The notes beneath the pieces are model-generated. The model was not told the DNA's origin, ran no database searches, and saw only the letters and a program-made list of their open reading frames with translations. Of a stretch of DNA of 32,000 nucleotides, positions 16,860 to 27,730 are shown piece by piece. The translations under genes and the position numbers were made by a program. Numbering within the stretch: the first letter of the stretch is position 1; each line of letters opens with the position of its first letter. The DNA comes from an archaeon (lineage in GTDB: Archaea; Iainarchaeota; Iainarchaeia; Iainarchaeales; 1-14-0-10-31-34), in NCBI GenBank assembly GCA_024277355.1, contig JAJRVL010000004.1, positions 450,001-482,000 on the forward strand. The letters run 5' to 3'.

Positions 16860-17417
16860 TCATTTAATTTCATTAGATAATTTTCTTCTTTCAATTGAAC
16901 CGCAGTTACTGCATTTAAGGCTTTTATCAAACAAACCTAAAACATGCCTGCAGTTAGAACAATATGCTTTAATGACTCCGAATTCAGGATAAGATGTAGT
17001 TAAATCTACTCCGTATTTTGTTACATTAATTACTTTTGCTTTAATTACATCCCCTACTTTTAATTCATCCCTTAAACTTTTTACATGCATTCTTGAAACT
17101 TTTGAAATCATTAGTTTAGCTGAACCAAAAGTAGAAACAACTTTTTTTCCGTTTAATTCTGCTTTAATAATATTAATAATAGCAAAAGATTCTTTGATTA
17201 ATAAAACTCTTCCAGTAACAATTGCTCCAACTTCAATTAAATCATTCATTGAATTATTTTCTTTAATTGAAACTTCTCTTTCATTTGAATCAAATTCTTT
17301 TAATCCAACTTTAGTTGAATAAATATTTCCTTCATTATCTTCAAATGTATTTTTGCCTGAAGAAAATTCTTCTTCTATAGTCAAAAATTCTCCTGGTACA
17401 ACAATCTCTTTAGTCAA
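16860..17417 (-). CDS. Exosome RNA-binding subunit Csl4
   Basis: VPGEFLTIEEEF...NTFEDNEGNIYSTKVG, S1 domain, C-terminal zinc ribbon CSNCRHVLGLFDKSLKCSNCG. The likely start is the TTG at 17417 (MTKEIVVPGEF). Confidence 0.85.
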   Translation of the reverse strand: MTKEIVVPGEFLTIEEEFSSGKNTFEDNEGNIYSTKVGLKEFDSNEREVSIKENNSMNDLIEVGAIVTGRVLLIKESFAIINIIKAELNGKKVVSTFGSAKLMISKVSRMHVKSLRDELKVGDVIKAKVINVTKYGVDLTTSYPEFGVIKAYCSNCRHVLGLFDKSLKCSNCGSIERRKLSNEIK

Positions 17418-17489
17418 TAAAATCACTTCAAATAATAAATTAGAGTTAATATTAATAAGGAAAGAAAACATATTTAAAACAGTGAGAAA

Positions 17490-18371
17490 ATGGTATTAGA
17501 GTCAATTATAAGCGGAAAACAGGCAAGAAAGCACCCTTTAGTTATGATGTTTCTTGCTGCATTGCTTGCAAGCATTGGAATATGGACAAGCTATTATACT
17601 TTTCCTTCAAGTGCAAGCATTTTAAGCATTGGATTTGTTACTATTGGAATAGTGCCTATTCTTTACACAATATTTATTTTAGAGGAAGCAGAAGAAGCCT
17701 CAAAAGGAGGGTTTTGGCCTTCATTTATTGCAAGACATTTTGATTTAATGAAAATTTATGCATGGTTTTTTATTGGATTAATTTTAGCTTATAGTTTATG
17801 GTATGTTGTTCTGCCTTCAGATATAAGAAACACTGTTTTTGAAGAACAAAATTCAGTTATTGATTCAATTGGAAACTTAAAAAACAATTTAACCGGAAAC
17901 ATAACCGGAAGTGATTTAGTTTGCGGAAAAAATACTTTTTGCTGGTTTGATGTAATTTTAAAGAATAATTTAAGAGTATTGTTTTTGGCTGTAATGCTTT
18001 CAATTGTTTATGGAGTAGGAGCAATGTTTTTGATTGCATGGAATGCATCAGTTATTGGAGCAGTAATAGGAAAAGATGCCTTAATAATGGTTGCAGAAAG
18101 TTATTCTTCTTTTGGACCTTTAGCTTATGTTTTTGCTTATGGGCATGGATTATTCAAAGCAATAGGTTTAATTCCTCACGGAATATTTGAAATTGGAGGC
18201 TATTTTGTTGGAGCAATAGCTGGAGCAATAATTTCAATTGTAGTAACAAAAGGACATTACAGAAAACATGAATTAAGCCAGATAGGAAAAGACACAATAG
18301 GATTAATTTTTTTAGCATTGCTTTTGCTGGTTATTGGAGCATTAATTGAAGCAATGTTAATAACAGGTTAA
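17490..18371 (+). CDS. Stage II sporulation protein M (SpoIIM/DUF95) family membrane protein
   Basis: 293 aa, multiple TM helices, HGLFKAIGLIPHGIFEIGGYFVGAIAGAIIS. Confidence 0.85.
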   Translation: MVLESIISGKQARKHPLVMMFLAALLASIGIWTSYYTFPSSASILSIGFVTIGIVPILYTIFILEEAEEASKGGFWPSFIARHFDLMKIYAWFFIGLILAYSLWYVVLPSDIRNTVFEEQNSVIDSIGNLKNNLTGNITGSDLVCGKNTFCWFDVILKNNLRVLFLAVMLSIVYGVGAMFLIAWNASVIGAVIGKDALIMVAESYSSFGPLAYVFAYGHGLFKAIGLIPHGIFEIGGYFVGAIAGAIISIVVTKGHYRKHELSQIGKDTIGLIFLALLLLVIGALIEAMLITG

Positions 18372-18376
18372 AAAAA

Positions 18377-18673
18377 TCACTTAGAAAACTTTTTTATTGC
18401 ACTAATAACCGAAGTCCATTGTTTTTTAAATTTAGCTAAATCAGCTTTTTTTGAAGCAATATCAGATGCCCTAAAATTATTTTTTTTAAGACCCTTTTCT
18501 ATTTGTTTTATGCTTGTGCTAAGTTTATTTTCTCTTACTCTTAACGCTAAAATTGCTGTTGAACACTTTGCTTTTTTTGAAAGAGCAGTTCGTTTTAATG
18601 TTAATGCTCTTCCTTTTTTTTTAACAAAACTTGAACTAAATAGTTTAATTGATTTACTTTTTGGCCCAGGCAT
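18377..18673 (-). CDS. Hypothetical basic protein
   Basis: 98 aa, Lys/Ser-rich ORF, co-directional with the SPFH gene. Confidence 0.55.
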   Translation of the reverse strand: MPGPKSKSIKLFSSSFVKKKGRALTLKRTALSKKAKCSTAILALRVRENKLSTSIKQIEKGLKKNNFRASDIASKKADLAKFKKQWTSVISAIKKFSK

Positions 18674-18685
18674 TAAAGATCATCT

Positions 18686-19657
18686 TTATTTTTTTTTCTT
18701 TTTCTTTGAATTCAAATAACCTTTAACCATTTCATCTGTTATTCCTAAAGAATTTAAATCTAATCCTTTGCTTTCACCTGAAACTTTTTTAGTTAAAGAT
18801 TCAGCAAACCTTGAAAGTTCCATTGGAAAAATAATTTTAGTGCTTTTTCCTTCAGCCATTTTTTCTAATGCATTAATATAATAATAAGCAATTGTTTTGT
18901 TACTTAAAGAATCAGAAGCAGATTTAATTGCTTCAATTTCAAATTTTTTTCCTTCTGCTTCCTCAAATTTAGCTAATTTTCTTTGTTCTGCTGCTTTTTG
19001 TTCATGCATTGCTTCTAATACATCAGGAGGAATCACAACATTAGTTATTTCCACTGCTTCAATTTTAACTCCCCATTGCAATGCAACTTCTTCTAATTTT
19101 CTTTTAACTTCAGCATTAAGCAAAGCAATATTTGAAATTACACTGGATAAATCCATTGAACCAACTACATCCCTTATAGTGGATCGAACGTAAAGTCTTG
19201 CAGCAGTCCTATAATCATCTATTTCTACAACAGAATTAATTACTGCGTTTTTTGTTTTATCAATAAACAAGTAAATTACTGCATCAATTGTAAGCTTTAT
19301 TTTATCTGTTGTAATTACTTCCTGAGGCGGAATATCAATTGTTTGTGTTCTTAAATCAACTAAAACATAAGATTGAATTAAAGGAACAACAAAAGTCCAC
19401 CCAGGACCTCCAACTCTTGTAACTCTTCCTAAAGTAAAAATTACTGCTCTTTCATATTCTTTTAAGGTAAGCAGGAAATCATATTGTTTAATAAAAAAAG
19501 CTAAAACAATAAAAGCAAAAACAACAGCACCCCATAAAGCAAATTCATCTGCATTAGTATAAGCAAGCCATATTAATGCAATTACAATAATAAAAACTAA
19601 AAGAAAGACAAACTGCTTTACTTTATAACTTTCAGTTTTGCCGAATTTTTTAACCAT
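18686..19657 (-). CDS. SPFH domain (slipin/stomatin/prohibitin-like) protein
   Basis: ERAVIFTLGRVTRVGGPGWTFVVPLIQSYVLVDLRTQTIDIPPQEVITTDKIKLTIDAVIYLFI, RSVIG-like region, coiled coil. Confidence 0.92.
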   Translation of the reverse strand: MVKKFGKTESYKVKQFVFLLVFIIVIALIWLAYTNADEFALWGAVVFAFIVLAFFIKQYDFLLTLKEYERAVIFTLGRVTRVGGPGWTFVVPLIQSYVLVDLRTQTIDIPPQEVITTDKIKLTIDAVIYLFIDKTKNAVINSVVEIDDYRTAARLYVRSTIRDVVGSMDLSSVISNIALLNAEVKRKLEEVALQWGVKIEAVEITNVVIPPDVLEAMHEQKAAEQRKLAKFEEAEGKKFEIEAIKSASDSLSNKTIAYYYINALEKMAEGKSTKIIFPMELSRFAESLTKKVSGESKGLDLNSLGITDEMVKGYLNSKKKKKK

Positions 19658-19757
19658 GTAATAAACCTTAAATTGTTTATTATATATAAATGTTATAAAG
19701 ACATATATTAAGGTTAAGCATAGATTTAAATAAAATTAAAGAGAAATTAAAGATATC

Positions 19758-20978
19758 ATGAAAAAAGAAAAAAACGTAATGGTTGTTTGTGTAGACCGAG
19801 ACAATGATTTAGGCAGAAAAGCAAATGTTTCAGGACCAATCATTGGAAGAAAAAACAATTTAAATGCTGCAGCAAGATTAGGCGTAGCTGACCCAGGAGA
19901 AAGCGACGTAAACTGCATTTTTGGAGCAGTAAGAAAATTTGATGAAGTAAAAAAATTTTATTATAATGTAGAAATTGTTACTTTAACCGGAGTAGGAAAA
20001 CAAGACTTTGAATCAGACAAAGAAATAAATGAACAATTAGATAAAGTTTTAGTTGACTTTCAGGCAGACGCATTTGTTTTAGTTACTGACGGAGCAGAAG
20101 ACGATCAAGTTATTCCAATTCTGCAGTCAAGAGCTCCATTAATGTCAAAAGAAACAATAATAGTAAAACAAGCATCAGAAGTTGAAAGCACTTATTATAC
20201 AATCAAAGAAGCATTAAAAGATCCTTATTTGGCCAGAATTGTTTTTGGAGTTCCAGGAATACTTTTAATTTTATATTATTTATTTGGAGAATTAAGTTTC
20301 CAGTTTATTTCATTAATTTTAGGTGTTTATTTATTATTAAAAGGATTTGGAATAGAAGAAAAAGTTCTTTCAACTGTAAAAGATTTCTTTCAGAATATTT
20401 CTATTTCAAGATCAAGCTTTATTTTTTATGTCGGAAGCTTGTTTATTTTTGGTTTTGGATTATACCAGTCATTTAATGCATTTAATGAAAGCATTGAAAC
20501 AGATTTATTCATTAAAACTGCTACTGCCTTACAGGAAACATATTTTATTTTGCTGTTTTTGATGCCTTTGTCTTTTATTATAGGTAAAAGTATTGATTCA
20601 ATTCACTTCAAAAAAGCATTTTATTTAAGAAAATATTTTATGTATGCAATTTCAACTTTTCTTTTATGGTTTATTTTGGATTCAGGAACATTAGTTTTAA
20701 CAGGACAAGGAGATTTAGTTTGGTTTATTTTAAGCATGATTTCAAGTTTTGTTATTTTAGTAGTTTCATATAATTTAAGTTCAGTTTTAGATGTAAGAAA
20801 AAAAGTTAATTCTCTTCTCGTAGGACTGCCTGTTTATTCTAAAGGAAAAATAATCGGCAAAGTAGAAAAAATAAATAAAAAAGAAAAAAGCATTTTATTT
20901 AAAGGAAAAACAAAAGAATTAACTAAAATCACAAAAACAAAATTCAAAATACAGCAAGGGAAAATAATAATTTCTTAA
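19758..20978 (+). CDS. DUF373 family membrane protein
   Basis: VVCVDRDNDLGRKANVSGPIIGRKNNLNAAARLGVADPGESDVNCIFGAV, typical of archaeal DUF373. Confidence 0.9.
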   Translation: MKKEKNVMVVCVDRDNDLGRKANVSGPIIGRKNNLNAAARLGVADPGESDVNCIFGAVRKFDEVKKFYYNVEIVTLTGVGKQDFESDKEINEQLDKVLVDFQADAFVLVTDGAEDDQVIPILQSRAPLMSKETIIVKQASEVESTYYTIKEALKDPYLARIVFGVPGILLILYYLFGELSFQFISLILGVYLLLKGFGIEEKVLSTVKDFFQNISISRSSFIFYVGSLFIFGFGLYQSFNAFNESIETDLFIKTATALQETYFILLFLMPLSFIIGKSIDSIHFKKAFYLRKYFMYAISTFLLWFILDSGTLVLTGQGDLVWFILSMISSFVILVVSYNLSSVLDVRKKVNSLLVGLPVYSKGKIIGKVEKINKKEKSILFKGKTKELTKITKTKFKIQQGKIIIS

Positions 20979-20993
20979 ATTATCTTAAAAAAA

Positions 20994-22916
20994 TTATTTT
21001 TGTAATTGTTTTCCTGAAAGTTTTCTTAACACACTAGGTAATTCTAAATTAATTATTTTTTCTAAGTCTTTTAGTAGTTTGTTTTTTCCTTTTGATTCAA
21101 AAGCATTATTTAATACATCACTTAAAGTTGAAACAGGAATAACTTTTATTTTCTGTTTTTCTTTTTCAGTTAAAATAATGTCAGGCATATTGCTTTTTGG
21201 AACAATCACTGTTTTTAATCCTGCAGTAATTGCAGCAGAAATCTTTGATGTAACCCCTCCAATTGGAAGAACTTCTCCTCTTACACTTAAAGAACCAGTC
21301 ATAGCTAAAGACTGTTTAACTGGAATTTTTTCTAAAGCAGAAATTACTGCAGTAGCAACAGAAACAGAAGCTGAATCTCCTTCAACTCCAGAATAAGTCT
21401 GCAAAAATTGTATATGAACATCATATTTTGAAATATCTTTTCCGCTTATTCTTTTAATTATTGCAGAAACATTTTGCACAGCTTCTTTTGCTATTTCTCC
21501 TAGTTTTCCTGTAGCAATAATTTTTCCTTCAGATTTACTTTGAGCAGGAGCAATTTCTGCATTAATAGGCAAAACCATGCCTGCATCTCCGTCTCCTGAA
21601 ACAGCTAAACCATTAACTCTTCCAATAGCTAAACCTTCATTTAAGAAAACATCATAGCCTTTTCTGTCTTCAAGCATTTGAGTAACCATCTGCTGTTCTA
21701 ATGTTTTTGAATTCATTTTTGCTTCTATTACATCCTGTTCTTCAACTAAATTATGTCCTTTTTCTTTTGCAATGTCTCCTGCTGCTCTAATTAAACCGCC
21801 TAAATCCCTTAACTTTAAAGTTAAATTATTTTTTCTTCCGGCTCTTCTTTTTGCCTGAAAAATAATTAATTCAACTGCTTTCTTTGAAAAATGAGGAATT
21901 TTTCCGTCTTTTTTTATTTCTTGGGCAATAAACTGAATAATTTTATTTCTGTTTTCTGCTGTATCAGGCATATCTAAATTCATATATAATTCATAACCAT
22001 AACCTCTGATTCGAGACCTTAAAGCAGGATGAACTTTTTCTAAATCTTCATAATTTCCTGCTGCAACCAAAACAAAATCACATGGAATTTGTTCGGTTCT
22101 AGTCATAGCACCAGAACTTAATTCACTTTGACCAGTAATAGAATATTTTTTTTCCTGCATTGCAGTTAATAATTCCTGCTGAGATTTCTGGCTTAAAGTT
22201 GCAATTTCATCAACAAACAACACTCCTCCATTAGTTCTATGAATAAACCCTGGCTCAATTCTTAAATGAGGAGGAGTACCTAAACCGCCTGACTGCAAAG
22301 GATCATGTCTTACATCTCCAAGTAAAGATCCTGCTCTTGCTCCAGTTGCTTCAATAAAAGGAGCAATTTTTTTTCCGGAATTATCAATTAAAAGTTTAGG
22401 AACATCATTTTCTGATTTCATTTTCATTTGTGAACCTAACGCAAAACCAATTAAAATAAATCCTCCTAAAATTATTAAAGCTGCAAAAGTAATTTCTCCA
22501 ATAAAACCAAAATTAAATAAAATTGAAGCTAAAATAAACCAGCCTAAAGGCAAAATAAAACTTAACATTCTTGAACCATTATCTTTCTGCATATGATTCA
22601 ATGTTGCTTGTTCAACAATCTTTTTTCCTTCCCCTGCCCTTACAGTCCTTACTTTAGGATTATTTGGATCAGCTTTATTTGGATAAACTAAAATATCACT
22701 TAATTTTTCTAACGGAAGAATTTCAGCCATTGCCTGAGCTAACATTGATTTTCCTGTTCCGGGAACTCCAACTAATAAAACATTTCTTTTCTGAGAAGCA
22801 GCTTTTTTTAGTATTTCAACTGATTTTTCCTGTCCAATAACCTGTTCAATTAATTTTTTTGGCACTTTAATTTCTGCAGTAGAATTAAACTTTAAATCTT
22901 TTATTTCTTTTACCAT
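20994..22916 (-). CDS. lonB: ATP-dependent archaeal Lon protease (LonB type)
   Basis: Walker A GVPGTGKS, inserted TM helices, protease domain with GDSASVSVA catalytic Ser and KISAAITAG catalytic Lys. Confidence 0.95.
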   Translation of the reverse strand: MVKEIKDLKFNSTAEIKVPKKLIEQVIGQEKSVEILKKAASQKRNVLLVGVPGTGKSMLAQAMAEILPLEKLSDILVYPNKADPNNPKVRTVRAGEGKKIVEQATLNHMQKDNGSRMLSFILPLGWFILASILFNFGFIGEITFAALIILGGFILIGFALGSQMKMKSENDVPKLLIDNSGKKIAPFIEATGARAGSLLGDVRHDPLQSGGLGTPPHLRIEPGFIHRTNGGVLFVDEIATLSQKSQQELLTAMQEKKYSITGQSELSSGAMTRTEQIPCDFVLVAAGNYEDLEKVHPALRSRIRGYGYELYMNLDMPDTAENRNKIIQFIAQEIKKDGKIPHFSKKAVELIIFQAKRRAGRKNNLTLKLRDLGGLIRAAGDIAKEKGHNLVEEQDVIEAKMNSKTLEQQMVTQMLEDRKGYDVFLNEGLAIGRVNGLAVSGDGDAGMVLPINAEIAPAQSKSEGKIIATGKLGEIAKEAVQNVSAIIKRISGKDISKYDVHIQFLQTYSGVEGDSASVSVATAVISALEKIPVKQSLAMTGSLSVRGEVLPIGGVTSKISAAITAGLKTVIVPKSNMPDIILTEKEKQKIKVIPVSTLSDVLNNAFESKGKNKLLKDLEKIINLELPSVLRKLSGKQLQK

Positions 22917-23062
22917 AAAAAAAACTCTCTCTAATTAAATAAACACAGCAACAATTAAAATAATACTGAATTTTATTGTAAAAAAACTTACTTTAAAAAA
23001 CTCTCTCTAATAAAAGTAAATACATCAAGAATAAAATAACAATGAATTTTAAGGGATTTATA

Positions 23063-23965
23063 ATGAAATTAACTGTTTTAGGAACAAGTGCTTCAACTCC
23101 ATCAAAAGAAAGAAGTTTAAGTTCAATTGTATTAAACTTTAAAGGATTAAATTATTTATTTGACTGTCCTGAAGGAACTCAAAGACAGATGATGAAAGCA
23201 AAAATTTCTTATATGAAAATTCAGTCAATATTTTTATCTCATTTTCACGGAGACCATATTTTAGGTTTGCCTGGATTAATTGCAACAATGTCAATGCATC
23301 AAAGAGATTACCCTTTATTTATTTTTGGTCCAAAAGGAGTCAAAGAAAAAATACATAAAGCATTAGATTTAAGTTTACTTAAAGTGAATTTTGAAATAAA
23401 AGCAATTGAAGTAAAACAAGGAAAAATACTTGAAGAAGAAAATTTTTCTATTGAAGCATTTAAGTTAAACCATGATGTTCCGTGTTATGGTTACATATTC
23501 AAAGAAAAAGATACTTTAGGAAAATTCAGCCGAGAAAAAGCATTAAAATTAGAAATTCCTGAAGGCCCTTTATGGAGTCAACTACATAAAGGAAAAAAAA
23601 TTAAAGTAGGAAAAAAAACTTTTAAACCTGAAGATGTGTTAGACACCAGCAAGAAAAAAACAGGAAAAAAGATTTCTTTTGTTTTTGACACTTTAGCCGA
23701 TAATTCTTACTCACAAAAAATAAAAGAATCAGATTTATTGTTTCATGAAAGCACTTTTTTAGAAAAATTAAAGGACAGAGCAAAAGAAACAAAACATTCA
23801 ACAGCAAAACAAGCAGGAAAAATTGCAGAAAAAAGCAAAGTAAAAAAATTAATTTTATTTCATTTCAGTCCAAGGCACAAAGAAACAGAAAAATTTGATA
23901 TTGAAGCAAGAGAATTTTTTGGAAATGTTATTGCATCAAAAGATTTAGAAGAAATTGAAATCTGA
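23063..23965 (+). CDS. rnz: Ribonuclease Z (tRNA 3' endonuclease)
   Basis: MKLTVLGTSASTPSKERSLSSIVL, SHFHGDHILGLPGL, FVFDTLADN, HFSPRH. Start chosen at the internal Met. Confidence 0.93.
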   Translation: MKLTVLGTSASTPSKERSLSSIVLNFKGLNYLFDCPEGTQRQMMKAKISYMKIQSIFLSHFHGDHILGLPGLIATMSMHQRDYPLFIFGPKGVKEKIHKALDLSLLKVNFEIKAIEVKQGKILEEENFSIEAFKLNHDVPCYGYIFKEKDTLGKFSREKALKLEIPEGPLWSQLHKGKKIKVGKKTFKPEDVLDTSKKKTGKKISFVFDTLADNSYSQKIKESDLLFHESTFLEKLKDRAKETKHSTAKQAGKIAEKSKVKKLILFHFSPRHKETEKFDIEAREFFGNVIASKDLEEIEI

Positions 23966-23970
23966 TTTAA

Positions 23971-25416
23971 ATGGAAAAAGAATTTTTTGATTCAGTAATA
24001 ATAGGAAGAGGTTTAGCAGGATTAAGTTCTGCAATTGAATCAAAAGAAAACAAAAATACAGCTTTGTTTTTTCTTGAAAAAGAAAAAGAACCAAAAGCAA
24101 ACAGTTTTAATGCTCAAGGCGGAATTGCAGCAGCAATAAATTCAAACGACTCTGTAGAAAAACATTTTAATGATACAATTAAAGCTGGAGCAGGATTATG
24201 CAATCAAAAAATCGTTAAAATTTTAGTTGAAAAAGGAAAAGAAAAAATTTTGGAATTAATTGATTTAGGATTTGAATTTGACAAAGAAAACGGAGTAAGT
24301 TTTGGTTTGGAAGCAGGCCATTCAGAAAAAAGAATTCTGCATTCAAAAGGAGACAACATAGGAAGAGAATTAACTTCATTTTATTTAAAATTAGCAAAAG
24401 AAAAAAACATTCATTTTTTTCCTGAAAAAAAATTAAATGAATTAATTATACAGAAGGACTCAGGAAAAGCAGTTGTATTTGATGATTTATTAGTTGAATT
24501 TAATTCTTTAATTTTTGCTTCAGGCGGATATTCTTCTTTGTATTCAAAGAACACTAATAAAGGAAAAACTAAAGGAGAAGTTAATTCAATTGCATTAAAA
24601 GCAGGAATAGAATTAATGGATTTAGAATTTGAACAATTTCATCCAACTACAATTAAAGAAACTAATTTTTTATTAAGTGAAACTCTAAGAGGAGAAGGAG
24701 CTTTTTTAGTTAATGATTTAAATGAAAAGTTTATGGAAAAAATTTCAGGAAAAGATTTAGCTACAAGAGATGTAGTTTCAGTTAAAGTAACAGAAGAAAT
24801 AGAAAAAAAAAGAAAAGTTTTTTTGGATTGTACTAAAATCAAAAATTTTGAGGAAAGATTTCCTTCAATTTACTTAAAATTAAAAGAAATGAAATTAAAC
24901 CCTGAATTAATTGAAATAGAGCCTGCAGCACATTATTCTATTGGCGGAATAAAAATTGATTTGAATTCAAGAACTAATTTAAAGAATGTTTTTGCTGCAG
25001 GAGAATGTTCTTGTTCAGGAGTCCACGGAGCAAACCGTTTAGCAAGCAATTCTTTATTAGAAGCAGTTGTTTTTGGTTCAATTGCCGGAAAAAATGCAAT
25101 GCAGACAAAAAAAAATGAAAAAATTAAAACAGAAAAAATAAATGAATTAATTAAAACAAAAAATTCATTTAATTCAAATTTTGATTTTCCATTGCTTCAA
25201 AAGTTAATGTGGAATTACTGCGGAATAAAAAGAAATGAAAATGAATTACAAAAAGGTTTAACTAAAATAAAAAAAATGGAAAAAAACAATTATACTTTTT
25301 TAGCTGAAAAAATCATTGAATCTGCTTTAAACCGAAAAGAAACAAGAGGAACTCATTTCAGAACAGATTTTAGTGAAATAAAAGAAAAAGCAGAACACAC
25401 AGTTATAAGAAAATAA
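23971..25416 (+). CDS. nadB: L-aspartate oxidase
   Basis: FAD motif IIGRGLAGLSSAIE, FNAQGGIAAAI, EPAAHYSIGGIKID, AAGECSCSGVHGANRLASNSLLEAVVFG. Confidence 0.9.
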   Translation: MEKEFFDSVIIGRGLAGLSSAIESKENKNTALFFLEKEKEPKANSFNAQGGIAAAINSNDSVEKHFNDTIKAGAGLCNQKIVKILVEKGKEKILELIDLGFEFDKENGVSFGLEAGHSEKRILHSKGDNIGRELTSFYLKLAKEKNIHFFPEKKLNELIIQKDSGKAVVFDDLLVEFNSLIFASGGYSSLYSKNTNKGKTKGEVNSIALKAGIELMDLEFEQFHPTTIKETNFLLSETLRGEGAFLVNDLNEKFMEKISGKDLATRDVVSVKVTEEIEKKRKVFLDCTKIKNFEERFPSIYLKLKEMKLNPELIEIEPAAHYSIGGIKIDLNSRTNLKNVFAAGECSCSGVHGANRLASNSLLEAVVFGSIAGKNAMQTKKNEKIKTEKINELIKTKNSFNSNFDFPLLQKLMWNYCGIKRNENELQKGLTKIKKMEKNNYTFLAEKIIESALNRKETRGTHFRTDFSEIKEKAEHTVIRK

Positions 25417-25470
25417 AAGAAAATTAAAATAAAAAAATAAGAAAAAAAACCAACAATTAAAAAAAAAGAA

Positions 25471-26712
25471 TTAAGTGAATAAAAGTTTCAAGAAAAACCA
25501 AGGAGACATAACTTTTTGTTTTGCTGCTTTATTAACCAGCATTCCTGAAATGACTTCCTGAACTTCCTTTTTTTTGGCTGCTTTGCCTATAACAAAATTC
25601 AATAAAAATTTTATTCTGCCAATTTTTTGAAGCATATAACTTGTCTTTAATTCTGCTTCCAGTTCATTCCATAAATTTGTTTCATATTCTGTTAAGAATT
25701 CTTCTGAAAAATTGTTTTCTTTTAAAGCTTTAATAATTGTCTGACTTGCAAATTTTCCGCTGGTCATTGCATTTCCTATTCCTTCTCCGCTAAAAGGATC
25801 AATTAAAGAAGCTGCATCTCCAATTAAAACAAAACCATTTCCAGTAAGTTTTTTATGTCTGCTTCCTAAAGGCAGAGTCCATCCTTTAACTTCAGAAGAA
25901 AGTTTTGCGTCTTTAAATCTATCTTTAAATAAAGGCTCGTTTTCTATTGCATCAAACATTGCTTTTTTTAAATCCATTTTTTTGTCTTTTATGTCTTTAG
26001 TTACAATTCCTACTCCAACATTAGCTCTTCCATTTTCTAAAGGAAAAATCCAAAAGTAACCAGGAAGCATTGAATTAATGAAATGAATTTCAATTGTTCC
26101 TCTTAAGTCTTTAATTCCATCATAATAGCATCTTAAAGCAGTAATATGGTGATTAAAATCAATTTTATTTAATCCAAGTTTTGTTGCTACAACTGACTGA
26201 GAACCATCTGCTCCAACAACTATTTTTGACTTAAATTCTATTTGTTTTTTGTCTTTGCTTATTCCTTTTATTCCTATAACTTTATTGTTTTCAGTTAAAA
26301 CATCAGTTACAGTAAAACCTTCTATTGTTTTTGCAGTTAATTTTTTTGTTTTTTGAAATAAAAAGTTATCATAAACTTCTCTTCTTATTGCATAACCATT
26401 TCCTTTGTCATTTTTGTTGATTCCCTGTTTTGAATCTTTTGGAAAAGAAATGTCAACTATTGTTCCATTAGGAGAAGAAAAAGTTATTCCGGAAACTTCT
26501 CCACGGGGCAATAATTCTAAATCTTTAATCCAGCCTAATTCACCTAAAATACTAAGTGATTTTCCGCTTATTGCATCTCCACAAGTTTTATCTCTTGGAA
26601 AAACTGCTTTATCTAACAACAATACTTTAACATTATTTTTTGCTAAAAAAGAAGAACAACTGCTTCCTGCAGGGCCTCCTCCAACAACAATTACATCAAA
26701 TTCTTCCACCAT
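25471..26712 (-). CDS. Geranylgeranyl reductase family protein
   Basis: VVGGGPAGSSCSSFLAKNNVKVLLLDK, CGDAISGKSL, GLNKI...HITALRCYYDG, GDAASLIDPFSGEGIGNAMTSG. Confidence 0.9.
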   Translation of the reverse strand: MVEEFDVIVVGGGPAGSSCSSFLAKNNVKVLLLDKAVFPRDKTCGDAISGKSLSILGELGWIKDLELLPRGEVSGITFSSPNGTIVDISFPKDSKQGINKNDKGNGYAIRREVYDNFLFQKTKKLTAKTIEGFTVTDVLTENNKVIGIKGISKDKKQIEFKSKIVVGADGSQSVVATKLGLNKIDFNHHITALRCYYDGIKDLRGTIEIHFINSMLPGYFWIFPLENGRANVGVGIVTKDIKDKKMDLKKAMFDAIENEPLFKDRFKDAKLSSEVKGWTLPLGSRHKKLTGNGFVLIGDAASLIDPFSGEGIGNAMTSGKFASQTIIKALKENNFSEEFLTEYETNLWNELEAELKTSYMLQKIGRIKFLLNFVIGKAAKKKEVQEVISGMLVNKAAKQKVMSPWFFLKLLFT

Positions 26713-26742
26713 AAAAAAAACACTCCTTTAATGCACATTTAT

Positions 26743-27651
26743 TTATTTTTTCCTTAAAAAATCATTTGCATTTAATGCTGCCTTGCATCCTTCAGCAGCA
26801 GAAATTACTAGTTGATGTAAAGGAATATTACTTACATCGCCTGCAGCAAATAATCCTTTAATGCTTGATTCATTTTTTTCGTTTATTATTATTTCTCCTC
26901 TTTTAGTTTTTTCAACTAAATCAATAAACTCTGAATTAGGGATTTCCCCTATATTAACAAAAACTGATTCGACTTTTAATTCTTTTTCTTTACCTGAATT
27001 TTTGTCTTTGAATTTAATTCCTTCAACTTTTTCGTTTCCTAAAACTTCAAGTAATTCAGCATTAGTTATTACTTCAATATTTGATTTTTCTTTTACTTGT
27101 TTTAAAGTTATTTCTTCGCCTCTTAATGAATCTCCATATTCCAAAATAAAAACTTTTTCCATTAAATTACTTAAAAATAATGCTTCTTCAGTTCCTGAAT
27201 AACCTCCACCAATTACAACAGAATTTTTTCCTTTGTATAAAGGCCCATCACAAACAGCACAATAATGAACTCCTTTATTAGTTAATTTTTCAGCATTTTT
27301 TACTTCAAGTTTTCTTGGTCTTTTACCTGTAGCAACAATAACTGTTTTCGCTTCAAATTCATTTTCAGAAGTTTTAACAGCAAAAGTTTCTTGTTTTTTT
27401 TCAATTGAAGTTACTTTAATTCCTTCTAATACTTCAATTTCTTTATAAGACTTTAAATGCTCTCTTAATTTTAAAGCTAATTCAAATCCCTGAACTGAAG
27501 GAAAACCAGGATAATTTTCTATTTTTTCTGTTAATAATAATTGCCCGCCAAAATTATCTGTTATAAGCATTGTATTCAAACCGCTTCTAACTGAATAAAT
27601 TCCAGCTGAAACTCCTGCTCCAGAGCCTCCTATAATAATTACATCTTTCAT
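26743..27651 (-). CDS. trxB: Thioredoxin-disulfide reductase
   Basis: GGSGAGVSAGIYSVRSGLNTMLI, active site CAVCDG, GGGYSGTEEALFLSNL, GLFAAGDVSN. Confidence 0.92.
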   Translation of the reverse strand: MKDVIIIGGSGAGVSAGIYSVRSGLNTMLITDNFGGQLLLTEKIENYPGFPSVQGFELALKLREHLKSYKEIEVLEGIKVTSIEKKQETFAVKTSENEFEAKTVIVATGKRPRKLEVKNAEKLTNKGVHYCAVCDGPLYKGKNSVVIGGGYSGTEEALFLSNLMEKVFILEYGDSLRGEEITLKQVKEKSNIEVITNAELLEVLGNEKVEGIKFKDKNSGKEKELKVESVFVNIGEIPNSEFIDLVEKTKRGEIIINEKNESSIKGLFAAGDVSNIPLHQLVISAAEGCKAALNANDFLRKK

Positions 27652-27730
27652 TTAATTCACTTTAAAGTAGATTAACCTAATTTAATTTGAAACATTATAT
27701 TTAAAAAAGATATTTTAAGAATTTGATTGC

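Noticed and set aside
17418-17471. N-terminal 18-aa extension of the Csl4 ORF
   Set aside because: Csl4 proteins start at the VPGEFL region. TTG at 17417 gives a family-typical N-terminus, and the extension overlaps the divergent promoter region.
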